From the NCBI GenBank assembly GCA_045655765.1, contig JAZOQA010000014.1, forward strand, positions 1 to 53,189: 53,189 bases of DNA, given 5' to 3'. The DNA is from Eubacteriales bacterium (GTDB taxonomy: Bacteria > Bacillota > Clostridia > Oscillospirales > CAG-272). The notes beneath the pieces were generated by a model that had not been told where the DNA came from, searched no databases, and saw nothing but the letters and a program-made list of their open reading frames with translations. The translations under genes were made by a program, and so were the position numbers. This document shows positions 40,159 to 49,966 of the stretch, piece after piece (position 1 is the first letter of the stretch; each line of letters starts with the position of its first letter).

Positions 40159-40206
40159 ACGAAAAAGCTTAATTTAAAATTTGACTATAAAAACGGAGAG
40201 TTAAAA

Positions 40207-41322
40207 ATGAAGGAAAGTTTGTACGGAGAACTCAGTGTTATCGGAATGCGTGGATGTGAAGATTTTACATCCCAGGTTGACTATTATCTTAAAGAGTGGA
40301 GGCATCACGACAGCGAAAACAGTTACGTTGTGAACGGCAATTGCCCGAGATTTGGCAGCGGTGAAGCAAAGGGAACGATAAATCAGTCCTTGAGAGGTAA
40401 CGACGTTTACATTATATGCGACGTTTTCAATCACGGTGTCAAATACAAAATGTACGGTCAGACCGTTCCTATGAGTCCCGATGACCATTTTCAAGACCTT
40501 AAGCGTATAATCGGTGCTATTGGCGGAAAGGCTCGCAGAATCAGCGTTATTATGCCTATGCTCTACGAGGGCAGACAGCATAAGAGATCGGGTAGGGAAT
40601 CACTTGACTGTGCACTTGCACTTCAAGAGCTTGTAAATATGGGTGTAACCAATCTCATCACCTTTGATGCACACGACCCAAGAGTTCAGAACTCTATTCC
40701 TCTTCACGGCTTTGAGGACGTTCGCTCCGCATATCAGATGATTAAGGCTATGCTGAAGAATTATCCCGATATTGAAATCGATCCCGATAAGACGATGATC
40801 ATTTCTCCCGACGAGGGCGGTATGGGTAAGTGTATGTACTATTCCTCCGTTATGGGTATAGACCTCGGAATGTTCTACAAGCGTCGTGACTACTCCATTA
40901 TAGTAAACGGCAAAAACCCCATCGTTGCCCACGAATATCTCGGACGTGACGTAAAGGACAAGGACGTAATTATCGTTGACGATATGATTTCCTCAGGCGA
41001 CTCCGTTATAGACGTAGCGCAACAGCTTAAGGACAAGGGTGCAAAGCGTATTTTCGTCTTCGCAACCTTCGGTCTTTTCTGCAACGGACTTGAAAATCTT
41101 GACAGTGCATACGAAGCAGGCGTAATTGACAAAATCTTTACGACCAACCTCGTTTACAGAATGCCCGAGCTTCTTGAGCGTAAGTGGTATTCCGAGGTTA
41201 ATATGTGCAAATACGTTGCTTACATAATCGACACACTTAACCACGACAGAACTATCAGCCATCTTCTCGACCAGTCGAAGAAGATTCACACTATTCTCGA
41301 TAAATACAAGGCAAAGAAATAA
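40207..41322 (+). CDS. prs: Ribose-phosphate pyrophosphokinase (long clostridial type)
   Basis: RFGSGEAK, YEGRQH, FDAHDPRVQ, SPDEGG, YKRRDYS and VDDMISSG. Confidence 0.95.
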   Translation: MKESLYGELSVIGMRGCEDFTSQVDYYLKEWRHHDSENSYVVNGNCPRFGSGEAKGTINQSLRGNDVYIICDVFNHGVKYKMYGQTVPMSPDDHFQDLKRIIGAIGGKARRISVIMPMLYEGRQHKRSGRESLDCALALQELVNMGVTNLITFDAHDPRVQNSIPLHGFEDVRSAYQMIKAMLKNYPDIEIDPDKTMIISPDEGGMGKCMYYSSVMGIDLGMFYKRRDYSIIVNGKNPIVAHEYLGRDVKDKDVIIVDDMISSGDSVIDVAQQLKDKGAKRIFVFATFGLFCNGLENLDSAYEAGVIDKIFTTNLVYRMPELLERKWYSEVNMCKYVAYIIDTLNHDRTISHLLDQSKKIHTILDKYKAKK

Positions 41323-41392
41323 TTTTAACCACACGAGGACGCTTCCTTTGATTTTTAGAGCGGAGCGTCCTCTACTCTATAACGGAGGAAAA

Positions 41393-41809
41393 ATGAGAAT
41401 CACACTCGAATCCGATTATGCGTTAAGAATAATCACTGCTATTGCTTCACACGACTCCGTAGTTGATGCAAAGACACTTGCAGAACAGACCTCTGTAACA
41501 CAACGCTTTACGCTAAAAATATTACATAAGCTTGTTCAAGGCAAGCTTGTAGTCTCCTATAAAGGTGTAAATGGCGGATATAAGCTTTCACGCTCAGCCG
41601 AGTCTATTACTCTTCGTGAGGTAATAGAGCTTATCGACGGACCTATTATGATGATGCGTTGTCTTGAAAGCAGCGAGACCTGTGCTCTTAACAAGGACAA
41701 GGCAGCTTGTATATACCATCACATTTTCGACACAATAAGCCTAGACGTAGCCAAGAAATTATCATCCATAACAATTAACGACGTGTTGAATAAAAATTAC
41801 AAGATTTAA
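41393..41809 (+). CDS. Rrf2 family transcriptional regulator with three cysteines
   Basis: DYALRI, S..GVNGGY.L, ITLREVIE.IDG and C-x6-C-x8-C-x2-H; ATG 41393 with GGAGG RBS. Confidence 0.92.
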   Translation: MRITLESDYALRIITAIASHDSVVDAKTLAEQTSVTQRFTLKILHKLVQGKLVVSYKGVNGGYKLSRSAESITLREVIELIDGPIMMMRCLESSETCALNKDKAACIYHHIFDTISLDVAKKLSSITINDVLNKNYKI

Positions 41810-41822
41810 TTCGGAGAAATAA

Positions 41823-42683
41823 ATGTTAAGAATTTCATCTATCTCATTTCCGGGGCTTGGAATAGGAGAATTTAAAGCGAACAGTGTCGCATTCACCGTC
41901 TTTGGCCGTGAGGTGGCTTGGTATGCCGTTATTATAGCCCTTGGAATGGTTGCGGCTGTCGCTTACGTTATATTCCGCTCTACTAAAATCGGAATAACGG
42001 CAGAGGATATACTCGACGCTGTCTTGTTTGTAATTCCAATCGGTATATTAGGTGCAAGACTCTATTACGTTATTTTCAACGGCGGATACTCTTCGTTGAT
42101 TGACATAATCAACATTTCAAAGGGCGGTCTTGCCATATACGGAGGAATTATCGCCGGAGGTCTTACAGTATTAGTTTTTTGCAAGGTTAAAAAAATTCGT
42201 TTTACGGCGTTTGCCGACTGCGTCTGTCCCGGACTTATTCTTGCACAGGCGATCGGAAGATGGGGCAACTTTATGAACGGAGAGGCGTTCGGTGCAAAAA
42301 CAGATTCTTTTTTGCGAATGGGGCTTTCCAATGCCTTGACAGCATATGACACCATTTTCGTCCACCCGACGTTTCTTTATGAATCGCTTTGGAATCTTTT
42401 AGGCTTTGTGCTTATCAACTTATTTTACAAGCATAAGAAATATGACGGTCAGATTTTCTTACTCGTTTTTGGCTGGTACGGACTTGGAAGAATGTTTATA
42501 GAGGGCTTAAGACAGGACAGCCTTTATATAGGAATTTTCCGCATATCACAGCTTCTTGCGTTCTTGATTTTCTCTGTGTGTCTTGCGGCGTTAATCTATT
42601 TCGCAATAAAAAAGCCAAAGAACGACTTTTTCACATATCAATCTAAATATAAAAATAAAACAAAATCTAAAAAAGGAAAATAA
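41823..42683 (+). CDS. lgt: Prolipoprotein diacylglyceryl transferase
   Basis: GARLYYV, GGLAIYGG, QAIGRWGNF.N.E and HPTFLYES. Confidence 0.97.
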   Translation: MLRISSISFPGLGIGEFKANSVAFTVFGREVAWYAVIIALGMVAAVAYVIFRSTKIGITAEDILDAVLFVIPIGILGARLYYVIFNGGYSSLIDIINISKGGLAIYGGIIAGGLTVLVFCKVKKIRFTAFADCVCPGLILAQAIGRWGNFMNGEAFGAKTDSFLRMGLSNALTAYDTIFVHPTFLYESLWNLLGFVLINLFYKHKKYDGQIFLLVFGWYGLGRMFIEGLRQDSLYIGIFRISQLLAFLIFSVCLAALIYFAIKKPKNDFFTYQSKYKNKTKSKKGK

Positions 42684-42686
42684 ACT

Positions 42687-43544
42687 ATGGCAGAACTTAT
42701 AGATGGCAAGCTTGTAACACAGGAAACAAGAAAGAACATAGCTGCACAAATCACACGCTTCAAGGAAGAAACAGGTATCACTCCCGGACTTGCGGTTATA
42801 CTCGTAGGAGATGACCCGGCTTCCGCCGTATACGTAAGAAATAAGCACAAGGGCTGTCTTGACGTAGGAATGAAGTCATTCCAAATCGAATATCCCCAAG
42901 AGACCTCAGAGGATACCATTCTTGCAAAAATCGACGAGCTTAATAATAACCCCGAGGTACACGGCATTCTCGTTCAGCTTCCGCTTCCAAAGCATATAAA
43001 CGAGGACAAGGTTATAAACGCCATCTCTCCCGATAAGGACGTTGACGCATTCCACCCTCAAAACGTGGGAAAAATACTTATAGGCAAATATGATTTTCTT
43101 CCTTGCACACCTGCAGGCGTTATGGAGCTTCTTGCATTTTATAACATTGAAATAGAGGGCAAGGAATGTGTAATTCTCGGAAGAAGCAATATTGTAGGCA
43201 AGCCTATGGCTCTTTTACTTCTCCAAAAGAACGGTACCGTTACCGTATGTCATTCAAAAACGAAAAACCTCTCTGATATAACAAAAAGAGCGGATATTCT
43301 CGTTGTTGCTATCGGAAAGGCGGATTTTGTAAAAGGTGATATGGTCAAAGAGGGTGCTGTCGTCATAGACGTTGGTATCAACAGAAAGCCTGACGGAAAG
43401 CTTACAGGTGACGTTGATTTTGATGAAGTGTCTAAAAAGGCTTCGTTTATCACTCCCGTTCCCGGTGGAGTTGGTCCTATGACTATTACTATGTTGCTTG
43501 GCAACACGCTTACTGCTGCTAAAAAACAGGCTGCTAAGATCTGA
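42687..43544 (+). CDS. folD: Bifunctional methylenetetrahydrofolate dehydrogenase/cyclohydrolase
   Basis: YVRNK, GILVQLPLP, KDVDAFHP, PCTP, GRSNIVGKP and TPVPGGVGPMT. Confidence 0.97.
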   Translation: MAELIDGKLVTQETRKNIAAQITRFKEETGITPGLAVILVGDDPASAVYVRNKHKGCLDVGMKSFQIEYPQETSEDTILAKIDELNNNPEVHGILVQLPLPKHINEDKVINAISPDKDVDAFHPQNVGKILIGKYDFLPCTPAGVMELLAFYNIEIEGKECVILGRSNIVGKPMALLLLQKNGTVTVCHSKTKNLSDITKRADILVVAIGKADFVKGDMVKEGAVVIDVGINRKPDGKLTGDVDFDEVSKKASFITPVPGGVGPMTITMLLGNTLTAAKKQAAKI

Positions 43545-43579
43545 TTTGGGAAATTTTTTACGAAATTCATAAAAATCCC

Positions 43580-43608
43580 TTGACAAATAAAAAAAATTCA
43601 TATATAAT
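43580..43608 (+). promoter_or_regulatory. SigA promoter of rpsU
   Basis: TTGACA-17 nt-TATAAT. Confidence 0.8.
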
Positions 43609-43670
43609 AATATAGTAATAAAAAATTTGAGATTTTATCTCTTTGCACAGCGAAGGGAGGGGAAATAGAA

Positions 43671-43847
43671 ATGGCAGAAATCAGAGTAAAAGAAAATGAA
43701 ACTCTTGACAGTGCACTTCGTCGTTTTAAGAGACAGTGTGCAAAGTCCGGCGTGCTTGCAGAGCTTCGCAAGAGAGAGCATTATGAAAAGCCCAGCGTAA
43801 AGCGTAAGAAGAAGTCTGAAGCAGCAAGAAAAAGAAAGTATAAGTAA
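43671..43847 (+). CDS. rpsU: 30S ribosomal protein S21 (absent from ORF track)
   Basis: Hand translation [58 protein letters not shown]; GGGAGG RBS. Confidence 0.98.
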   Translation: MAEIRVKENETLDSALRRFKRQCAKSGVLAELRKREHYEKPSVKRKKKSEAARKRKYK

Positions 43848-43857
43848 TTTGTACAGT

Positions 43858-43893
43858 AAAAGACAGTGAGCGGTTTTAGTTCACTGTCTTTTT
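43858..43893 (+). terminator. Terminator after rpsU
   Basis: AAAAGACAGTGAGC/GTTCACTGTCTTTTT. Confidence 0.85.
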
Positions 43894-43980
43894 ATTTTTC
43901 CAAAAAACGGAATGGTTCTCTCTACTTTCATAGTTTAAGATTTTTTTAAAAAACAAAAATATAAAAAGGGGGAACTAATT

Positions 43981-44766
43981 ATGAAAAAAAATATATGTTC
44001 TGTTTTTTCTTTACTTTTGCTTTTTACGTTTATATTTAACGTTAGTGTAAACGCACAAAGCAAGGAAAGGTCTTGGTATATAGTAAGAAACGGAAATAAT
44101 CAGCCTAAATTTTCAAGCGAAGAGGAGAGTGTCTCTGAGTTCGGCGGATATTTTATAGACAAAAATCACGGTGACAATCATCAGGAAAAGGTTTTGTATC
44201 TCACGTTTGATGCGGGATATGAAAACGGAAACATTGCAAAAATTTTAGACGTTATGAAAGAAAAGGACGTAAAATCCGCATTCTTCGTGCTTGATAATCT
44301 GATTATTAAAAATCCCGAGCTTATAAAAAGAATGAAAGAGGAGGGGCATCTTGTTTGTAATCATACAAAAAATCACAAGAACCTCTCAGATGCTTCCTTT
44401 GATGAAATCAAGTCCGACCTTTTGGCACTTGAAAAAATATGCGAAGAAAAAGCGGGCTGTACTATGGATAAATATTTTCGTTTTCCCGAGGGAAAATACA
44501 GCTATTCCGCTTTAAAAAGCGTCTCGGAGCTTGGATATAAGACCGTATTTTGGAGCTTTGCATACGAGGATTGGGACAACAACAATCAACCGAGCGAGGA
44601 ATGGGCTATAAATAAAATCTTAAAAAACACCCACAACGGTGCTGTCGTTCTTTTGCATCCAACCTCAAAAACAAACGCAAAAATCCTTGGCAGAGTTATC
44701 GATGCTTGGCGGGCGGAGGGATACAAATTCGGAACACTCGACGAGCTTGTAGACTGTCATATTTAA
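43981..44766 (+). CDS. pdaA: Delta-lactam-biosynthetic de-N-acetylase (spore cortex polysaccharide deacetylase)
   Basis: Signal peptide, YLTFDAGYENG, NHTKNH, FRFPEG, WSFAYEDW and HNGAVVLLH. Confidence 0.9.
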   Translation: MKKNICSVFSLLLLFTFIFNVSVNAQSKERSWYIVRNGNNQPKFSSEEESVSEFGGYFIDKNHGDNHQEKVLYLTFDAGYENGNIAKILDVMKEKDVKSAFFVLDNLIIKNPELIKRMKEEGHLVCNHTKNHKNLSDASFDEIKSDLLALEKICEEKAGCTMDKYFRFPEGKYSYSALKSVSELGYKTVFWSFAYEDWDNNNQPSEEWAINKILKNTHNGAVVLLHPTSKTNAKILGRVIDAWRAEGYKFGTLDELVDCHI

Positions 44767-44776
44767 GCATAATCTA

Positions 44777-44834
44777 ATAAAAAACGAATGGAGGCATTGC
44801 AAGTTTATTTGCAGTGCCTCCACTTTATTTTGCT
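44777..44834. repeat. Terminator-like dispersed repeat, copy 2
   Basis: ATAAAAAACGAATGGAGGCATTGCAA..TTGCAGTGCCTCCACTTTATTTTGCT; see copy at 34917-34962. Confidence 0.7.
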
Positions 44835-44850
44835 GATCTTGGGTTGATTT

Positions 44851-45333
44851 TTATGTAACTACGTCGAATAGGGAAAAAGGGATTACTCTCTTTAAATCGG
44901 AAAGGGTCATTTCAACCTGATAGCCAATTTTGCCCGCACTGAAATATATCGTTTCAAAATTCTCTGCACTTGCGTTTATAACCGTTTTAAAGAGCTTTTT
45001 CATTCCTATCGGAGAACAGCCGCCGTGAACGTATCCCGTAAGAGGCAACAAATCCTTTGCTTTCAGCATTTCAAGCGACTTTTCGCCCACGGCCTTTGAT
45101 GCCTTTTTAAGGTCAAGCTCACGGTTCACGGGAATTACAAAAACATAATTTTTTAAGCTCTTTGCGACCGTAACAAGGGTCTTGAAGCATCTGTTCGGAT
45201 CCTCACCAAGACGTGCGGCAATCTGCATTCCACTCGTCTCTAAGGTATCAAAATAAAGGTGCGGGAGATATGAAATCCTCTTACCGTCGAGGATACGCAT
45301 TACGTTGGTTTTTTCGTCGCTTTTAGCTGCCAT
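44851..45333 (-). CDS. ybaK: Cys-tRNA(Pro) deacylase
   Basis: KTNVMRILD, FKTLV, TGYVHGGCSPIG and SAGKIG. Confidence 0.93.
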   Translation of the reverse strand: MAAKSDEKTNVMRILDGKRISYLPHLYFDTLETSGMQIAARLGEDPNRCFKTLVTVAKSLKNYVFVIPVNRELDLKKASKAVGEKSLEMLKAKDLLPLTGYVHGGCSPIGMKKLFKTVINASAENFETIYFSAGKIGYQVEMTLSDLKRVIPFSLFDVVT

Positions 45334-45334
45334 T

Positions 45335-46387
45335 TTATTCTATTCCGTTACGTTTTTTTATTTCTTCAAGACGCTCACGTTCCGTAACGTCGTCTCTCAT
45401 CAGCACCTCGGTCTCCTCCTCAACGGGACGCTCCTCGGGATGCTCTGCATAATAAGGCTCTATCATCAGCTCCTCGATTTTAAAGTAGGCTGCGTAAACC
45501 TTCATATACGAGCAAGCAGAGAAGAGCAATGTCAGGGGCAGAATTATCGAGAACGATACGAAAACACCGCCAAAGGATATTATGAATATAATTTCAAGGA
45601 AGAAGAGCAAAGCAATGCCGAGAGCCGCTACAAGATTTCGTTTAAGTCCTACAAGCGTAAAAATCAAGGAGTTTTTGATAATTTTGAATATAGTGAGCTT
45701 AAAGGTAACAATTTGTATATATACGTAATATCTCATAACGAAATAAATTATAAATACAATGATACTAGCCCAGAACATCATCGAAACTATAAATTTCGAT
45801 TCGCCAGCAATGAGACTATAAATATTGTAGCAAAGTATTGCGTTTATAAGAACGTCTATAATTCCAAAAATAAAGCCTTGCTTCAAATTACGCTTTATGG
45901 CGTACCAAAAATCGCTCCATACAAATACAGGGTCACCCTTTGCGATATTTCTAAGCACGTAAGCACTGCCAACGTTTACAAAGCCGAACGTAAACAGAGT
46001 CAATGCTCCTATAGCATAAAAAACATAAGTCAAAGCCGTAGGAAGCAAGACCTGCTCCTGCATACCGCTAACCCCAAAAAGAATCATTGTATCAGGGGCA
46101 ACACCCTCTGAGGCGAAAATACCTCCAAGACCGTGGAACATATCACTCATTGGAATCAACGCTTCGTTTTTTGTAATTCCAGCAAGTGTCATTATTAAAA
46201 ATATTAGAGGAAAATTGCCAAGAACCATCAAAATATTAACCGTGAATATCTTGCCGATATTATCCTTAAAAGAAACGAAGAAGCGCTTCATTCCGGAACG
46301 GCTCATCGTGCTTTTTTTGCCAAGTCCCTTTCCATCTTTTGTATAGTCAAAAAGCTTAAAACGCTTCTTCTTGTTTTTGTTATCCAA
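45335..46387 (-). CDS. YesL/DUF624-family membrane protein
   Basis: Multiple transmembrane segments with DFWYAIKRNLKQG and KIIKNSLIF. Likely TTG start 46387 after an AAGGAG RBS. Confidence 0.75.
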   Translation of the reverse strand: MDNKNKKKRFKLFDYTKDGKGLGKKSTMSRSGMKRFFVSFKDNIGKIFTVNILMVLGNFPLIFLIMTLAGITKNEALIPMSDMFHGLGGIFASEGVAPDTMILFGVSGMQEQVLLPTALTYVFYAIGALTLFTFGFVNVGSAYVLRNIAKGDPVFVWSDFWYAIKRNLKQGFIFGIIDVLINAILCYNIYSLIAGESKFIVSMMFWASIIVFIIYFVMRYYVYIQIVTFKLTIFKIIKNSLIFTLVGLKRNLVAALGIALLFFLEIIFIISFGGVFVSFSIILPLTLLFSACSYMKVYAAYFKIEELMIEPYYAEHPEERPVEEETEVLMRDDVTERERLEEIKKRNGIE

Positions 46388-46548
46388 GACAAGAGGTCTC
46401 CTTTTAAATATTATCCTTAATATAATAACACAAAACGTACGGCTTTTCAAGAGGGTAAAAATAAATATTTTAAATAACTAGTAACAGGTTTGCATATTTT
46501 ATATTGTTTTGGTATAATTATTCCCAAGACACGGAGGTAAAAAGAAGA

Positions 46549-47136
46549 ATGGATATCGAGAATTTCGAAATTTTCAAGGACATTCCGACTATAAAAACAA
46601 AACGTCTTACCTTACGTAAAATCACAAAAAACGACCTCACCGACATTTTTAAATATTCGTCCGACCCCGAGGTATCTAAGTACCTATTATGGGAGCCTCA
46701 CGCAAGCATCAGGGTTACAAAGGATTATATCACCGCCGTAACGAAAAAATATAAAGAGGGGCAATTTTACAGTTGGGGAATAGAATATGACGGACGTATG
46801 ATAGGCACCTCCGGTTTTTCAAAAATCGACGTTCTAAATGACTGTGCCGAGGTAGGATACGTTATAGCTCGTGAGTGTTGGGGGCGGGGAATTGCCACCG
46901 AGGCACTCTTGGCACTGCTTGAGTTCGGATTTGAACGCCTGATATTAAAGCGTATAGAGGCGGTTTATATGACGGAAAACAAAGTAAGCCTTTCGGTTAT
47001 GAAAAAATGCGGAATGAAAGAAGAGGGGATTCGCCGACGTGCCGTACGTAAGCACGAAATTTTTTGTGACGTGGGAATCTGTGCCATACGTTATGATGAA
47101 TATTACGAAACAAAGAAAAGGGTGTCCGAGTCATAA
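46549..47136 (+). CDS. RimJ/RimL-family GNAT acetyltransferase
   Basis: TKRLTLR, EVGY..WGRGIATEA and N..S..VMKKCGM..EG; GGAGG RBS; promoter TTGCAT-17-TATAAT at 46490-46518. Confidence 0.92.
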   Translation: MDIENFEIFKDIPTIKTKRLTLRKITKNDLTDIFKYSSDPEVSKYLLWEPHASIRVTKDYITAVTKKYKEGQFYSWGIEYDGRMIGTSGFSKIDVLNDCAEVGYVIARECWGRGIATEALLALLEFGFERLILKRIEAVYMTENKVSLSVMKKCGMKEEGIRRRAVRKHEIFCDVGICAIRYDEYYETKKRVSES

Positions 47137-47197
47137 ATCGGGCACTCTTTTCATATCTAATTAACGTAAGAATAATATTAAAAAGGAGAAAATTCAT

Positions 47198-48385
47198 ATG
47201 AAAAAAACATTTTCACTTATCCTTGCACTAACAATTACAATATCGTGTTGTATGCACGTTTTTGCAAATGAAGCAATAAAAAGTGGGGCAGAATATGAAG
47301 ATGATTATACGATAGAAACAGAATCAAACCTTGTTCTTGACGTTAAATCAGCTATTTTAATCGAGCCTAAAACCTCGAGTGTCCTATTTGAGCAAAACGC
47401 AAGCGAGCCTCTTTCTCCCGCATCTGTTACAAAAACAATGACCCTCTTGCTAGTAGCAGAAGCAATAGATGAGGGGCGAATCACACTTACAGACACCGTT
47501 TCTGTCAGCACCTATGCGGCATCGATGGGCGGCAGCCAAGTGTTTTTAAAGGAGGGGGAGCTTTTCAGTGTCGAAGATCTCATAAAATGTACGGTAATTG
47601 CAAGTGCTAACGATGCTGCTGTCGCTCTTGCAGAGCATACGGCAGGGAGTGAGAAAGCTTTTGTCGGCTTGATGAATGACAAGGCAAAGGAGCTTGGTCT
47701 TACAGGCTCAAATTTTGAAAACGTAACGGGACTTGACGACGACACAGTAAATCACACAATGTGTGCTTCTGATATTGCAAAAATCTCAGCACGTCTTTTA
47801 AATTACGATTGTATAACAAAGTATTCGAGAGTTTGGCAGGACTCTATCAGAAACGGAGAATTCACACTTACAAACACAAACAGACTCGTCAGATATTACG
47901 AGGGCTGTACGGGTTTAAAGACCGGCTCAACAGACAAGGCGGGCTTTTGCGTGAGTGTGAGTGCAAAAAGAGGGTCAACTGAGCTTGTTGCCGTTATAAT
48001 GGGAGCGGAGTCAGGCTCTTTACGTAATGAAGCGGCGAGAACGCTCCTTGATTACGGTTTTTCAAATTTCGCACTTTTTGAACGTGAGGAGCACACACTT
48101 CAAAAGCTCCCCGTCCTTGCCGGAAAAATTGATAACATAACGCCCCAAGTAGATAAATTCGAGGGGATTGTCAAAAAATCTGATGTATCAAAAATAACTA
48201 TAAGATATGAAATCCCTGAAAATGTAAAAGCTCCTGTCAAATGCGGAGACGCAATAGGTCGTGCAGTTTTTGAAATTGACGGTGAGATAGTCGGATATTC
48301 ATCCGTCAGAGCTAAAAATAACGTCGAAAAAATAAATTTAGGCACGCTTTTTCTACGAATGCTTACTTCTGCGTTTTCTAAATGA
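47198..48385 (+). CDS. D-alanyl-D-alanine carboxypeptidase (S11, DacF/DacB-like)
   Basis: Signal peptide, PASVTK (SxxK), SANDA (SxN), LKTG, MGGSQVFL and a PBP5 C-terminal domain. Confidence 0.93.
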   Translation: MKKTFSLILALTITISCCMHVFANEAIKSGAEYEDDYTIETESNLVLDVKSAILIEPKTSSVLFEQNASEPLSPASVTKTMTLLLVAEAIDEGRITLTDTVSVSTYAASMGGSQVFLKEGELFSVEDLIKCTVIASANDAAVALAEHTAGSEKAFVGLMNDKAKELGLTGSNFENVTGLDDDTVNHTMCASDIAKISARLLNYDCITKYSRVWQDSIRNGEFTLTNTNRLVRYYEGCTGLKTGSTDKAGFCVSVSAKRGSTELVAVIMGAESGSLRNEAARTLLDYGFSNFALFEREEHTLQKLPVLAGKIDNITPQVDKFEGIVKKSDVSKITIRYEIPENVKAPVKCGDAIGRAVFEIDGEIVGYSSVRAKNNVEKINLGTLFLRMLTSAFSK

Positions 48386-48413
48386 AAAAACAAGATTTTT
48401 TTAGGTTTTTCTA

Positions 48414-48442
48414 TTGAAAAACAAATCTGTTTGATGTATAAT
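48414..48442 (+). promoter_or_regulatory. SigA-type promoter of pgi
   Basis: TTGAAA-17 nt-TATAAT. Confidence 0.7.
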
Positions 48443-48479
48443 ATTTTATAGAATAGTAAAATGCTTTTCGGAGGAAAAA

Positions 48480-49820
48480 ATGACAATAAAACTTAGCGAC
48501 CAATTTACAAAAGAATTTATACGTGAAGACGAGCTTGAATATATTAAGCCGGCAGCAACTGCGGCACATAAGCTCCTTATGGCAAAAAACGGTCCAGGTT
48601 CTGACTTTCTTGGCTGGGTTGATCTTCCCGTAAATTACGATAAAGAGGAATTTGCAAGAATTAAGGCTGCGGCTGAAAAAATCAAGAAATCCTCGGATAT
48701 TCTCATTGTTATAGGCATAGGAGGCTCCTACCTCGGAGCAAGAGCGGCTATTGAATTTGTAAAAAGTCCGCTTTACAACAATTTGAAAAAGGATACTCCC
48801 GACATTTATTTTGCGGGCAACAATATCTCTCCTACGGCTCTTTCGGAGATTATTTCCATTTGTGAGGGCAAGGATTTTTCTGTAAACGTAATTTCAAAAT
48901 CGGGAACGACCACCGAGCCTGCAGTCGCATTTAGAGTATTTAAATCTATGCTTATAGATAAATACGGCGAGGATGGAGCAAAAGAGCGTATATTCGTCAC
49001 CACCGATAAGTGCCGTGGAACGCTCAAGCTCTTCTCCGATGAAGCAGGATATGAAACCTTTGTTGTACCCGATGATGTTGGCGGAAGATTTTCCGTGCTT
49101 ACGGCGGTCGGTCTTTTGCCCATTGCCTGTGCCGGTATAGATATAGATGCAATGATGAGGGGTGCACAAGAGGCAAGAGTTGCATATTCAGACTCCTCGG
49201 TAGAGTGCAACGATGCACTTAAATATGCCGCACTCCGTAACATCCTTTACAGAAAAGGAAAAGGCGTTGAAATCCTCGTAGGCTACGAGCCCTATATGCT
49301 TATGCTCAACGAATGGTGGAAGCAGCTCTACGGAGAAAGCGAGGGAAAGGATCAAAAGGGCATTCTTCCCGATTCCGTCGTCTTTTCAACGGATTTACAT
49401 TCCCTTGGTCAGTACATTCAGGACGGACAGAGAAATCTTTTTGAAACGGTCATCAGTGTTTCTAACCCCGGTGCGGAATTCATCATTCCAGACGACCCGA
49501 AAAACGTTGACGGCTTAAACTTTATTTCCGGAAAGAGTCTTGATTACGTAAACAAGATGGCTATGCTTGCTACTCTTGTTGCACACAACGACGGCGGTGT
49601 TCCCAACATTCTTATTGAACTCGAAGACAGAAGTGCATATACCTTTGGATATCTTGTATATTTCTTCGAGCTTGCGTGTGCCGTTTCGGGCTATATGCTT
49701 GGCGTCAACCCCTTTGATCAGCCAGGTGTTGAAGCATATAAAAAGAATATGTTTGCTCTCCTCGGCAAGCCTGGATATGAGGAAATCAAGAAATCCCTCG
49801 ACGCAAAAATTTCAAAATAA
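48480..49820 (+). CDS. pgi: Glucose-6-phosphate isomerase
   Basis: [36 protein letters not shown] and [11 protein letters not shown]. Confidence 0.98.
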   Translation: MTIKLSDQFTKEFIREDELEYIKPAATAAHKLLMAKNGPGSDFLGWVDLPVNYDKEEFARIKAAAEKIKKSSDILIVIGIGGSYLGARAAIEFVKSPLYNNLKKDTPDIYFAGNNISPTALSEIISICEGKDFSVNVISKSGTTTEPAVAFRVFKSMLIDKYGEDGAKERIFVTTDKCRGTLKLFSDEAGYETFVVPDDVGGRFSVLTAVGLLPIACAGIDIDAMMRGAQEARVAYSDSSVECNDALKYAALRNILYRKGKGVEILVGYEPYMLMLNEWWKQLYGESEGKDQKGILPDSVVFSTDLHSLGQYIQDGQRNLFETVISVSNPGAEFIIPDDPKNVDGLNFISGKSLDYVNKMAMLATLVAHNDGGVPNILIELEDRSAYTFGYLVYFFELACAVSGYMLGVNPFDQPGVEAYKKNMFALLGKPGYEEIKKSLDAKISK

Positions 49821-49966
49821 AAAAAGTTATACAAAAACACTTGTATATATTCTACAAATCTTTGTATTTTTAGATATTTTTCACTAAAACATATTGCTTT
49901 TTTTAGAAAATTAGTGTAGAATATACATAGAGAGAATGAAACTCTCAAAATAAGGAGGACAAATCA

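Noticed and set aside
45305-46111. 268-aa plus-strand ORF
   Set aside because: Almost wholly antisense to the DUF624 membrane gene, no RBS and no motifs; most likely a shadow ORF.
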